Assembly (NCBI GenBank): GCA_046725655.1 | Contig: JBKOYZ010000115.1 | Coordinates: forward strand, 1-53,137 | Length of the DNA: 53,137 nt | Source of the DNA: Actinomycetota bacterium | GTDB taxonomy: Bacteria; Actinomycetota; Thermoleophilia; Gaiellales; Gaiellaceae | Reading direction: 5' to 3' | Part shown: one piece after another, positions 12,234-20,690 of the stretch | Layout of the letters: each line of letters starts with the position of its first letter | How positions within the stretch are numbered: the first letter of the stretch is position 1 | Translations under genes and position numbers: made by a program | The notes under the pieces: generated by a model | The model's database searches: none | Seen by the model: the letters and a program-made list of their open reading frames with translations, nothing else | What the model was told of the DNA's origin: nothing

Positions 12234-12905
12234 GTGAACGCCGCGTTGCTCCTCGCCGAGTCCGAGCCGACGACGCGGGAGTTCCTCGAGCGACATCTTG
12301 CGGACGACGGGTTCGACGTCCTCGGCGCGAATGCGGAGCGCGAGGCGCTCGATCTCGTCGAGCGGCTGCACCCGTCGCTCGTTCTCACGTCAACGGAGCT
12401 CTGCCGCCGCCTGCGCGAGGGCGCGCCGGGCAGGTCGTGGGACCGTGAGGTCCCGGTGATCGTGCTCGGCGACACCCAGGAGGATGCCGTCGACCGGGTC
12501 CGCGCCTTCGACCGCGGCTGCGACGACTACGTGCCGCGGCCCTTCCACTACGACGAGCTGCTGGCACGGATCCGCGCCGTCCTGCGGCGGACGGCCCCGC
12601 CCCAGCACGAGCGCCTTCACGCCGGACCGATCCTGGTCGACCTCGTCACCCGCCGCGCGACCGTGCACGGGAGGGCCGTCAGCCTGGCGGCCAAGGAGTA
12701 CGAGCTGCTCGCCAAGTTCGTGACCGACCCGACCCGCGTGTTCACGAAGGAGCAGCTGCTCCGCGAGGTCTGGGGCTATCGATCGCTCGGTCGCACGCGC
12801 ACCTTGGATTCACACGCCTCGCGGCTCCGGCGCAAGCTCCGCCTCGCCGGGGCCGGGCCGTGCGTGATGAACGTCTGGGGCGTGGGCTACCGGCTGCGGG
12901 AATGA
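12234..12905 (+). CDS. atypical (pseudo-receiver) OmpR-family transcriptional regulator, orphan
   Basis: Winged helix KEYELLAKFV...VWGYRSLGRTRTLDSHASRLRRKL is intact. The receiver lacks the phospho-Asp (SLVLTS-TELCRRL aligns to LIVLDLMLPDIDGIEVCRRI), T->G, K->R. No kinase adjacent. Confidence 0.8.
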   Translation: MNAALLLAESEPTTREFLERHLADDGFDVLGANAEREALDLVERLHPSLVLTSTELCRRLREGAPGRSWDREVPVIVLGDTQEDAVDRVRAFDRGCDDYVPRPFHYDELLARIRAVLRRTAPPQHERLHAGPILVDLVTRRATVHGRAVSLAAKEYELLAKFVTDPTRVFTKEQLLREVWGYRSLGRTRTLDSHASRLRRKLRLAGAGPCVMNVWGVGYRLRE

Positions 12906-12931
12906 GCTCGGCGCCGGGCGGCGCCGAGCTC
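12904..12931. terminator. perfect 12-bp hairpin between convergent genes (candidate bidirectional terminator)
   Basis: GAGCTCGGCGCC-gggc-GGCGCCGAGCTC. It starts inside the TGA of the regulator and ends 13 nt before the stop of the minus-strand gene. No U-tract. Confidence 0.55.
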
Positions 12932-12943
12932 GGTCGGAAACCG

Positions 12944-13345
12944 CTACTTGAAGATGTTGAGTAGCTGCTGGAAGACGTTCACCGTGGCGGTGTTCGGCGC
13001 GCGCGCGACGGTCGTTCCGGTGACTTTGCTCAGGTCGCTGCACGTCTGGTAGTCGTTCACCGGGTTCGGCGGCGCCGCGAATGCAGGATTGCCGCTCCCG
13101 GCGAACGCGTCCGCGGTGGCGGCCGTGCTGCAGCCTCCGTAGAGCAGCGCGACGACGGCGATCGCCTCCGTGCGCGCGAGCAGCGCGTTCGTCTTCTTTA
13201 CTTGTTTCTGCAGCGTCTTGACCTGCTTCTGCAGCGTCTTGACCTGCCCCGCCAGCTGCTTCGTGCTCGGTGTCGCGGCCGTTGCTGGCGCCGTGAGCGC
13301 GATTCCTACTGCGAGAGCGACAACGGCTACGAATGCCCGCCTCAT
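12944..13345 (-). CDS. secreted protein with heptad tandem repeat
   Basis: Start chosen at the ATG preceded by GGAGGAAATC. Signal peptide MRRAFVAVVALAVGIALTAPATAA. KQVKTLQKQVKTLQKQVKK is encoded by a 21-nt tandem repeat. Confidence 0.65.
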   Translation of the reverse strand: MRRAFVAVVALAVGIALTAPATAATPSTKQLAGQVKTLQKQVKTLQKQVKKTNALLARTEAIAVVALLYGGCSTAATADAFAGSGNPAFAAPPNPVNDYQTCSDLSKVTGTTVARAPNTATVNVFQQLLNIFK

Positions 13346-13406
13346 GATTTCCTCCTCAGGTTGGACCCCTTGTGCAATTCCGTATATCCCACTCCGGAGC
13401 ACAGCG

Positions 13407-13970
13407 TCAAGCTGCGAGAGCGCCCTCGAGCTGGAGCAAGGCCTGCTTTCGCTCGAGCCCGCCGCCGTAGCCGACGAGGGAGCCGCTCGCGCCGACGACG
13501 CGGTGGCAGGGCAGCACGATCGGGATCGGGTTGCGGTTCATGATCGTTCCGACCGCCCGCGCCGCGCGCGGCTTCCCCGCTTTCGCGGCGAGCGCGCCGT
13601 AGGTCGTCACCTCGCCGAACGGCACCCGTGCAAGCTCTCCGAGCACGGCGCGACCGAAGTCGCGGGTCAACCGCAGGTCGACGTCCAGGTCGAAGCGACG
13701 GCGCTCCCCCTCGAAGTACTCGTGCAGCTGCCGCCGCGTCGGGTCCACCGGCCTCGCCGACCGCAGGACGCGGCTGCCGAAGCCACGGGCCAGGCGCTCG
13801 AGTTGCCGCTCGGGATCGGCCTCGTAGGAGATGACGCACAGGCCGCGGTCGGACACGCCGACGAACAGCTCGCCGAGCGGCGAGTCGACGAGGTCGTAGG
13901 CGAGGTCGAGCAGCCCGTCCGCCGCGGCGGCGGCGCGGAAGCGCTGGTCGAGTTCGGGCGAAACGGTCAT
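13407..13970 (-). CDS. ogt: methylated-DNA--protein-cysteine methyltransferase
   Basis: Active site NPIPIVLPCHRVV, GEVTTYGALA helix-turn-helix, N-terminal Ogt-type domain. ATG overlaps the sigma gene stop (ATGA). Confidence 0.9.
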   Translation of the reverse strand: MTVSPELDQRFRAAAAADGLLDLAYDLVDSPLGELFVGVSDRGLCVISYEADPERQLERLARGFGSRVLRSARPVDPTRRQLHEYFEGERRRFDLDVDLRLTRDFGRAVLGELARVPFGEVTTYGALAAKAGKPRAARAVGTIMNRNPIPIVLPCHRVVGASGSLVGYGGGLERKQALLQLEGALAA

Positions 13971-14428
13971 GGGGTCTTGCTCCTTTCACGTAAACGGCGG
14001 ACGCCGGAGGACACCGCCTGGCGGGCCGCGTCCTCGGACGAGCCGAGGGCGCCCGCGATCTGGTCGTAGGGGAGATCGAAGCCGTAGCGCAGGACGACGG
14101 CGACGCGCTCCTTCGGCGGCAGCTCGTCCGTCAGCGGACCGAGCTCGGCGTGGGGTGGGAGTCCGTCTTCGACTGCGACCTCGGGGAGCTCACCCCGGGG
14201 TCGCCGCTGGCGCGTCTCGTCGATCGCGACTCGGGTCGCAATCGTGAACGCCCAGGCGCGCAGGTGGCGCCCGTGGCGGAGGCTCGGGTAGGCACGCAGA
14301 GCGCGCAGAAAGGTCTCCTGGAACGCGTCTTCGGCGCGGTCACCGAGCAAGCGACGCAGGTGCGCGAACACGGGGCCCTTCTGCTCCTCGTAGAACACCT
14401 CAAACGGTGGAACTCGCACGGCCTCCAT
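13967..14428 (-). CDS. ECF-type sigma-70 family RNA polymerase sigma factor
   Basis: Start set at internal ATG 14428 of the 311-aa ORF. Region 2 is AEDAFQETFLRALRAY...RAWAFTIATRVAIDETR; region 4 is LPPKERVAVVLRYGFDLPYDQIAGALGSSEDAARQAVSSGVRRLRE. Confidence 0.8.
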   Translation of the reverse strand: MEAVRVPPFEVFYEEQKGPVFAHLRRLLGDRAEDAFQETFLRALRAYPSLRHGRHLRAWAFTIATRVAIDETRQRRPRGELPEVAVEDGLPPHAELGPLTDELPPKERVAVVLRYGFDLPYDQIAGALGSSEDAARQAVSSGVRRLRERSKTP

Positions 14429-14480
14429 CTTCTGCTTAAACGACGCGGCGCGTCGAGGTGTGAGATGTGGCGCGCAAAGG

Positions 14481-14521
14481 TTGCCAAGTGGGGAATCGTG
14501 GTTTAAAGTGGTGTGAAGTGG
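14481..14521 (+). promoter_or_regulatory. candidate mraZ/dcw promoter overlapped by four phased GTGG boxes (MraZ operator-like)
   Basis: TTGCCA(14481-86)-N17-TAAAGT(14504-09). GTGG at 14488, 14498, 14508 and 14518 (exact 10-nt phase), in contexts AAGTGGGG, TCGTGGTT, AAGTGGTG, AAGTGGAC. Confidence 0.5.
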
Positions 14522-14524
14522 ACC

Positions 14525-14959
14525 ATGCTGGTAGGTGAACACGAGCACACGATCGATGACAAGAACCGCCTCACGCTCCCGGCCAAGTTCCGTCAGGCGT
14601 TCTCCGACGGACTGGTGCTCACACGCGGGATCGAGCGGTGCCTCGCCGCCTACCCGCGCGCCGAGTGGACCGCGAGCGTGGAGTCCCGCCTCGAAGAGCT
14701 CGACCCGCTCAGCCGGGAGGGCCGCGTGATGCAGCGGTTCTTTTTCTCGGGCGCTGCCGAGGCGGAGCTCGACAGGCAGGGCAGGGTGATGATCCCGGCG
14801 CCGCTCGCCGAGCACGCCGGGCTCGGAAAGGAGGTCGTCGTGGCCGGCATCCGCGACCACCTCGAGATCTGGGACCGCGCGGCGTGGCGCGATCACCTGC
14901 ACGAGATCGAAGGGAGTGCAGAGGATGTTGCCGAACGTCTTGCAACCCGACGCGACTGA
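14525..14959 (+). CDS. mraZ: transcriptional regulator MraZ
   Basis: MLVGEHEHTIDDKNRLTLP and a second DxxxR repeat LDRQGRVMIP. The ORF track start GTG 14513 is an alternative. Confidence 0.9.
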   Translation: MLVGEHEHTIDDKNRLTLPAKFRQAFSDGLVLTRGIERCLAAYPRAEWTASVESRLEELDPLSREGRVMQRFFFSGAAEAELDRQGRVMIPAPLAEHAGLGKEVVVAGIRDHLEIWDRAAWRDHLHEIEGSAEDVAERLATRRD

Positions 14960-15881
14960 TCACGTTCCCGTCCTCGCCGACGAGGTTCGGCAGCTGCTGG
15001 CGATCCGGCCCGGCGAGACGGTCGTCGATGCGACCTTCGGCGCCGGCGGCCACGCCGCCTTGCTCGCTGCCGACCTGCGCGGCGAGGGGCGGCTGATCGC
15101 GATCGACCGCGATCCGACCGCGCGCACGTACTTCGAGCGGTTCCGCAAACGGACCGGCGTCCAGGGCCGCTTCCTGCGCGGCGACTTCGCGGTTGTGCTG
15201 GAGCAGCTCGCCGAGAATGGCATCCGCGCCGACGCGATCCTGTTCGACCTCGGCGTCTCGTCGATGCAGATCGACCGCCCCGAGCGGGGGTTCACCTACG
15301 CGGCCGACGCGCCGCTCGACATGCGGATGGACCCCTCCGCCGACTTTTCGGCCCGCGAGCTGGTCAACGAGGCCTCCGAGCGCGAGTTGACCCGGATCTT
15401 CCGCTCCTACGGCGAGGAGCGTTACGCGAAGCAGATCGCCCGGGCGATCTTGCGCCGCCGGCGTGAGCAACCGTTCGAGCGGACAGGCGAGCTCGTGGAG
15501 ACGATCAAGGCGGCGATTCCGGCGCCCGCGCGCTTCGGCGACGGGCACCCGGCGAGGCGGGTCTTCCAGGCGCTGCGGATCGCGGTCAACGACGAGCTGA
15601 CGGCGCTCGAGGATGCGCTCCCGGCGGCCGTCGAGTTGCTCCGCCCGGGCGGCAGGCTCGCTGTGATCAGCTTCCACTCGCTCGAGGACCGGATCGTCAA
15701 GAGGTTTCTGCGCGAGCAGGAGCGTGGCTGCACGTGCCCGCCGGACTTCCCGGTCTGCGTCTGCGGCAACGAGCCGATCCTGCGGGCGACGCCGCGCCGG
15801 GCGATCCGGCCGAGCAGCCGAGAGACGGCGGCGAACCCGCGGGCGGCGTCAGCGCGGTTGAGGGCCGCCGTAAAAGTTTAG
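14916..15881 (+). CDS. rsmH: 16S rRNA (cytosine1402-N4)-methyltransferase
   Basis: HVPVLADEV, DATFGAGGH, DLGVSSMQID, SFHSLEDRIVK. Start uncertain (14916, 14925 or TTG 14940); all candidates overlap the mraZ end. Confidence 0.92.
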   Translation: MQRMLPNVLQPDATDHVPVLADEVRQLLAIRPGETVVDATFGAGGHAALLAADLRGEGRLIAIDRDPTARTYFERFRKRTGVQGRFLRGDFAVVLEQLAENGIRADAILFDLGVSSMQIDRPERGFTYAADAPLDMRMDPSADFSARELVNEASERELTRIFRSYGEERYAKQIARAILRRRREQPFERTGELVETIKAAIPAPARFGDGHPARRVFQALRIAVNDELTALEDALPAAVELLRPGGRLAVISFHSLEDRIVKRFLREQERGCTCPPDFPVCVCGNEPILRATPRRAIRPSSRETAANPRAASARLRAAVKV

Positions 15882-16044
15882 TGTCACGCCCAGCGACACA
15901 TGCCGGCTTCTGGCCCGCGATCACGCGGCGCCAGAGCCCACCCTCGCTCTTGCCAAGGTTGGAAGCCTTGGCCGTGAGCGAGTGCGACCTCTGGCTTGGT
16001 GCTCGCGACCCAGAAACTCGGCGGCATCACTGGGCGGGACACTG

Positions 16045-16422
16045 ATGGCGTCCTGGCAAGCGACGGCCTCCGACGCCCCGGCGCCCGCCCGGCGGCCGCG
16101 CCCGAAGCCGCGGCGGGCGCCGAACCGCAGGACGAGGAAGCGGACCGGCGTCGCGAGCGGCGTTGCCTGGATCGCCGTCGCCGGCGTCCTGCTCTCGGGA
16201 ATCGTGGCCCTGAATGTGGCCGTGCTCCGTCTGAACGTCCAGCTCGACCGGCTGAACACGGAGCGCGAGCAGCTCCGCGCCGGGAACGCCGCGATCGCGT
16301 CGCAGCTCTCGAGCGCCGCCTCCTCGCCGAGGATCCAGAACCTGGCGCAGAAGCGCTTCCAGTTCGTGCCCGCCGATCCCGCGACGACGACGTACGTCGA
16401 CCTGTCGCGCCGGGCGCGGTGA
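16045..16422 (+). CDS. ftsL: cell division protein FtsL-like (bitopic, coiled coil)
   Basis: Basic N-terminus, one TM (VAWIAVAGVLLSGIVALNVAVL), coiled coil QLDRLNTEREQLRAGNAAI. Positioned between rsmH and ftsI. ATG 16045 chosen; 15982 possible. Confidence 0.6.
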   Translation: MASWQATASDAPAPARRPRPKPRRAPNRRTRKRTGVASGVAWIAVAGVLLSGIVALNVAVLRLNVQLDRLNTEREQLRAGNAAIASQLSSAASSPRIQNLAQKRFQFVPADPATTTYVDLSRRAR

Positions 16423-18104
16423 GCGGGCGGCTCGCGAACCGCAGGATCCGCCTCCTCCTCGCCGTCTTCGCGATCGTGTTCGGCGTCACGCTCCTACGCG
16501 CCGTCTGGCTGCAGGGCGTGCAGGCCAGCTCGCTGAGCCGGATGGCCGCGAACCAGCACCGGCAGACGGTGATGATGCCTGCCGGCCGCGGGGCGATCTA
16601 CGACCGGACGGGCGTCCAGCTCGCGATCGGGCGGCAGGCGACCACGGTCTATGCGGATCCGTTGCAGATTCGCGACCCGACGGCTGCGGCGGCGGTGGTC
16701 GCGCGCATTCTGCGGCTCGATCCGAAGCAGGTCTACGCGAAGCTCGCCGACCGCAGCCACGGCTTCGTATACATCCGGCGCAAGGCCGACCCCGCCCGCG
16801 CAGCGCGTCTCGCCAAGCGCGGCATCGCGGGGATCGGCTTCTACCCGGAGGAGCGGCGTTTCTATCCGCAGCGCGCGGTCGCCGCGCAGGTGCTCGGCTA
16901 CGCCGGCGTCGATAACCGCGGCCTCGCCGGGCTCGAGCTTTCGATGGACAAGGCGCTCGCCGGGCGGAACGGACGCGAGACGCTGGTGCGCGACCCATTC
17001 GGGCGCGTGCTCGACTCCGTCACGCCACGGCCGGCCGTCGACGGTAGGGACGTCTACCTGACCATCGACCACACGATCCAGGCTCAGGCCGAGACCGTGC
17101 TGCGTGAGACGGTGCAGAGATGGCAGGCGAAGAGCGCGACCGCGATCGTGCTCGACCCGCATACCGGCGACGTCCTGGCCATGGCCGTCGCCCCGACGTA
17201 CGACGCGAACAACTTCGGCGGCATCGCGCGTCAGTTCCAGCGCAACCGGGCAGTGACCGACACGTACGAGCCGGGCTCGACGTTCAAGCTCGTCACCGTC
17301 GGCGGGTCGCTCTCGAGTGGCCTCGTCACGCCCGGTACGTCCTTCACGCTGCCGTACGAGATCCAGGTCGCCGACCGCCGGATCCACGACGCCGAGCCTC
17401 GCGGCACCGAGACGATGACGGTCGCGCAGATCCTCTCGCGGTCGTCGAACGTCGGCGCGATCACGCTCGCGCGCCTGCTGGGGAAGGAGCGGCTGCTCTC
17501 CTGGATCTCGCGCTTCGGCTTCGGCCATTCGACCGGGATCGACTACCCGGGTGAGAGCAGCGGGATCGTGCTTCCAGGCGACAAGTGGTCTGGCTCGACG
17601 ATCGGCAACGTTCCGATCGGCCAGGGCATCGCGGTCACCCCGATCCAGATGGCCACGGCCTACGCGGCGATCGCGAACGGAGGGGTCTCGGTGCGGCCCC
17701 ACCTCGTGGCGCGCGTCGGCGGCCGTCGTGCGAAGCCGCCCGCTCGCCGCCGGATCGTCGGCCGACGGATCGCGCGCCAGCTGACCTCGATGCTCCAGAA
17801 CGTCGTGCTCGACGGGACCGGGACGCTAGCGCAGATTCCCGGCTACCGCGTCGCCGGGAAGACAGGAACGGCCGCGAAGCCCGATCCGCACGGCGGCTAC
17901 TCGGATTCGCGGTACGTCGCATCGTTCGTCGGCTTCGTGCCCGCTTCCCGGCCGCAGATCGTCGTGCTCGTCGCGGTCGACGAGCCGCGCGGCGCGATCT
18001 GGGGCGGCGTCGTCGCCGCACCCGCGTTTCGCGAGATCGCGGAACCCACGTTGCAGTACCTCGAGGTACCGCCCGACGCAACGCGCGCGCCCGCGGCTCC
18101 CTAG
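16419..18104 (+). CDS. ftsI: class B penicillin-binding protein (division transpeptidase)
   Basis: GTG overlaps the ftsL stop (GTGA). TM, then SxxK (GSTFK), SxN (SSN), KTG (GKTGTA). The upstream 141 codons of the 702-aa ORF are out-of-frame overlap with ftsL. Confidence 0.9.
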   Translation: MSGRLANRRIRLLLAVFAIVFGVTLLRAVWLQGVQASSLSRMAANQHRQTVMMPAGRGAIYDRTGVQLAIGRQATTVYADPLQIRDPTAAAAVVARILRLDPKQVYAKLADRSHGFVYIRRKADPARAARLAKRGIAGIGFYPEERRFYPQRAVAAQVLGYAGVDNRGLAGLELSMDKALAGRNGRETLVRDPFGRVLDSVTPRPAVDGRDVYLTIDHTIQAQAETVLRETVQRWQAKSATAIVLDPHTGDVLAMAVAPTYDANNFGGIARQFQRNRAVTDTYEPGSTFKLVTVGGSLSSGLVTPGTSFTLPYEIQVADRRIHDAEPRGTETMTVAQILSRSSNVGAITLARLLGKERLLSWISRFGFGHSTGIDYPGESSGIVLPGDKWSGSTIGNVPIGQGIAVTPIQMATAYAAIANGGVSVRPHLVARVGGRRAKPPARRRIVGRRIARQLTSMLQNVVLDGTGTLAQIPGYRVAGKTGTAAKPDPHGGYSDSRYVASFVGFVPASRPQIVVLVAVDEPRGAIWGGVVAAPAFREIAEPTLQYLEVPPDATRAPAAP

Positions 18105-18149
18105 TTTCGAGCCGACCGAGCGGGGATAGGCTTTCGTCCGGAGGTGACG

Positions 18150-18455
18150 ATGGCGAAACGACGCGATGTGATCGCCGACGAGCTGAAGACGCTGGCGGAC
18201 GACCTGGAGAGCCTCTGGCGTGCGGTCACGCGGGATCCGGACAAGGAGGCGCGTCGCGAGCGCGTGTGGATGCTCCTCTCCGGGGCGCTCGCAGCCGCTG
18301 CGACGATGGCGTCGCGAAGGGCTGTCGCGAAGCTCTGGCCGATCCTGACGGGCGAGGAGCCGCTGATGGGCCCGCGGCCCGTGAAGCCGGCCGCCGGCAT
18401 GCCCGAGCGCGAAGCGCAGGCTCGCGCGGCGGAGTCCGAGCGAGCCCCCGTCTAG
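18150..18455 (+). CDS. small hypothetical protein, possibly DUF4235-like
   Basis: GGAGG lies 8 nt upstream of ATG 18150. Contains the hydrophobic stretch VWMLLSGALAAAATMA and KLWPILTGEEP. Family resemblance is weak. Confidence 0.4.
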   Translation: MAKRRDVIADELKTLADDLESLWRAVTRDPDKEARRERVWMLLSGALAAAATMASRRAVAKLWPILTGEEPLMGPRPVKPAAGMPEREAQARAAESERAPV

Positions 18456-20371
18456 GGCGTGGTCGTCGTCGACGAGGTCGGCTTCGGGCGCACGCCGAAG
18501 AAGGCCGAGTAGATCTCCCTCGCCGCCGGCGCCGCAGCCTCGGCGCCGAAACCGCCGTGCTCGATCATGACGACGACGACGACGCGAGGGTTGTAGGCCG
18601 GCGCCCAGGACGCGTACCAGGAGTGGTCGCTGCCGGGCGGGGCTTCGGCGGTGCCCGTCTTGCCGGCCACCGGGATCGGGAAGTCGCCGAACACGGAGCC
18701 GGACGTTCCGAAGTGAGCGCCTGCGTAGAGGCCCTCACGAATCGCCGAGATGCCGTACAGCTTCACGTGACGGCGCGGCGGAAATCGGAGCGGACGGACG
18801 ACCCGGCCGGTCGAATCGAGGACGGCGCGCCCGACGTGTGGCCGGACGACCGTGCCGCCGTTCGCGAGCGTCGAGTACGCGACCGCCAGCTGCAGCGGCG
18901 AGATCGCGAGCTGACCCTGGCCGACCGCGAGGTTGACGGAGTAGCCCTCGTACCAGATCCGCTGCCAGCGCTGCTTGAACGTCCGCCTCAGCCACCCGGG
19001 AGTCGGGACGAGCCCGTGCGCCTCGCCGGGGACGTCGAAGCCGGTGGGCCGGCCGGCGCCGAGCCGCCACGCCCAGTTCTGTATGTCGAGATGCCCCTGC
19101 TGCTGGCGCCAGTAGAACTCGGAGCCGAGCCGGTAGAACCACGTGTCGCACGAGACGGAGAGCGCCTGCGGCAGCGTCAGGCTCGCGTTGACCCCGCGCT
19201 CGACGTTGAAGAAGGTGTGGTTGCCGACCGTGTAGGAGCTCGTGCACGGCAGGGTCGAGTACGGCGAGATGAGGCCGGACGCGAGAGCCGCTTCGGCGAC
19301 GATCGGCTTGAAGCTCGAGCCGGTGGGATAGATCCCCTGCGTCGCCCGGTTGACGAGCAGGTGTCGCGGGTCGCCCGGGTTCAGCAGCGCCCTCAGGTAT
19401 TCGGGATTCGTCGCCGCGCGCCGCTGATCGAAGCGTGGGTAGCTGGCCAGCGCGTAGACGGAGCCGTTGCGCGGGTTCATGACGACGGCCGACCCGGCGG
19501 TCGCGTCGTAATGGCCGTTCGCGCGTGCGAGGGTGATGCCGTCCTGGACCGCGCGCTCGGCGGCGCGCTGGAGCCGCAGGTCGATGGTCAGTTGCAGGCC
19601 GTTGGCCGGCCGCGGTACGCGGACCACTCGGGCGGGCCCGATCGGTCGGCCCTCCGCATCGACGACCACGCGAGCCTTTTCGAGGCCGCCGTTCAGTAGG
19701 CGGTCGTACGTCGCCTCCGCGCCTGACTGGCCGACGGTCGCGCCGGCCTTGAGCCCTCGGTAGCGGTGCGTTGCCAGCTGCGAGGGGCTGATCTCGCCGA
19801 GCAGGCCCAGGAACTCACTGCCGCTCGACCCGTACCGATAGCTGCGATCGGGCAGAGTGACGACGCGAACGCCGGGGAATCGGCGCGCGTGCTCGTCCAG
19901 GAAGTACCCGAGGTCGTTCGAGACGCGCGGCAGCACGACGGCCGACGAGTACGGAGACTTGAACTCGCTATGGCGGATCCGGCGGATGAACGTGGCCGCC
20001 GGCACGCCTGCCAGCCTCCCCAGCCGCTTGAGCAGCATCCTCCCCTGGTGTGTCGGCCACCAGCGGCCGTGACTGTCGATCACGCCGAGGACGGCCGTGT
20101 CCACCGAGACGGCCAGCCCGCCCTTCGTCGCGGCGAGAAGCCGTCCGTTCGCGTCGATGATCTGGCCGCGCGGCGCGGGGAGGTCGATCAGCCTGAACGT
20201 CTGTCGCTGCGCGGCCGCCGCGAAGTGCGGGCCGCGCAGGACCTGCAGCGACCACAGCCGAAGCGCCAGCACGCCGAACAGCCCGATCGTCGCGAGGCCG
20301 ATGATCCCGACGCGGAGGTAGAAGCCCGCGCTCCCGTGGAAGTCGCCGACGACGACCGACACCGGGCGCAC
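18452..20371 (-). CDS. mrdA: penicillin-binding protein 2 (elongation-type transpeptidase)
   Basis: RLWSLQVLRGPHF...APRGQIIDANG N-terminus, SxxK (GSSFK), SxD (SCDTWFY, PBP2-like), KTG (GKTGTAE). Confidence 0.85.
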   Translation of the reverse strand: MRPVSVVVGDFHGSAGFYLRVGIIGLATIGLFGVLALRLWSLQVLRGPHFAAAAQRQTFRLIDLPAPRGQIIDANGRLLAATKGGLAVSVDTAVLGVIDSHGRWWPTHQGRMLLKRLGRLAGVPAATFIRRIRHSEFKSPYSSAVVLPRVSNDLGYFLDEHARRFPGVRVVTLPDRSYRYGSSGSEFLGLLGEISPSQLATHRYRGLKAGATVGQSGAEATYDRLLNGGLEKARVVVDAEGRPIGPARVVRVPRPANGLQLTIDLRLQRAAERAVQDGITLARANGHYDATAGSAVVMNPRNGSVYALASYPRFDQRRAATNPEYLRALLNPGDPRHLLVNRATQGIYPTGSSFKPIVAEAALASGLISPYSTLPCTSSYTVGNHTFFNVERGVNASLTLPQALSVSCDTWFYRLGSEFYWRQQQGHLDIQNWAWRLGAGRPTGFDVPGEAHGLVPTPGWLRRTFKQRWQRIWYEGYSVNLAVGQGQLAISPLQLAVAYSTLANGGTVVRPHVGRAVLDSTGRVVRPLRFPPRRHVKLYGISAIREGLYAGAHFGTSGSVFGDFPIPVAGKTGTAEAPPGSDHSWYASWAPAYNPRVVVVVMIEHGGFGAEAAAPAAREIYSAFFGVRPKPTSSTTTTP

Positions 20372-20690
20372 GCCGAGCCGGCGGGGGATGCGGACGCTGC
20401 GGCGGGCGCGAGGATGCGAGACGAAGTCGCTCAGCGGCTACACCGGGTCGGCTACAGGCACGTCGCGGCCGCTGCGGCGCACTGTCTTCGGACGGGTCTG
20501 ATCGGTCGGGGCGAGTGCCATCGCCATGTGTCGTTGCAAGCATGCCGACTTTGGCGACGCGTTGGCAAGCGCCTGCCCCGGCGGCTCGCCACTGCGGCGG
20601 AGTCTCGTAAAAAGTGGCTGCAAACGGGCGGGTTTTAGCAGCTCAGTCTGTTCGGGGGCGGCAGGTCGCGTTGGTAGACTCGCCCGCCGG

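Noticed and set aside
10553-12448. 631-aa alternative-frame ORF
   Set aside because: It overlaps the ABC1 kinase and the atypical regulator out of frame. The product is Arg/Pro/Ala-rich junk sequence.
14429-14902. Upstream 158 codons of the 311-aa ORF 13967..14902
   Set aside because: That part is antisense to mraZ and has no sigma-factor similarity. The sigma region 2 motif begins right after the internal ATG at 14428.
17585-19699. 704-aa plus-strand ORF spanning the ftsI 3' end and the mrdA region
   Set aside because: It is out of frame with ftsI and antisense to mrdA. The product is Arg/Gly/Ala-rich with no motifs.
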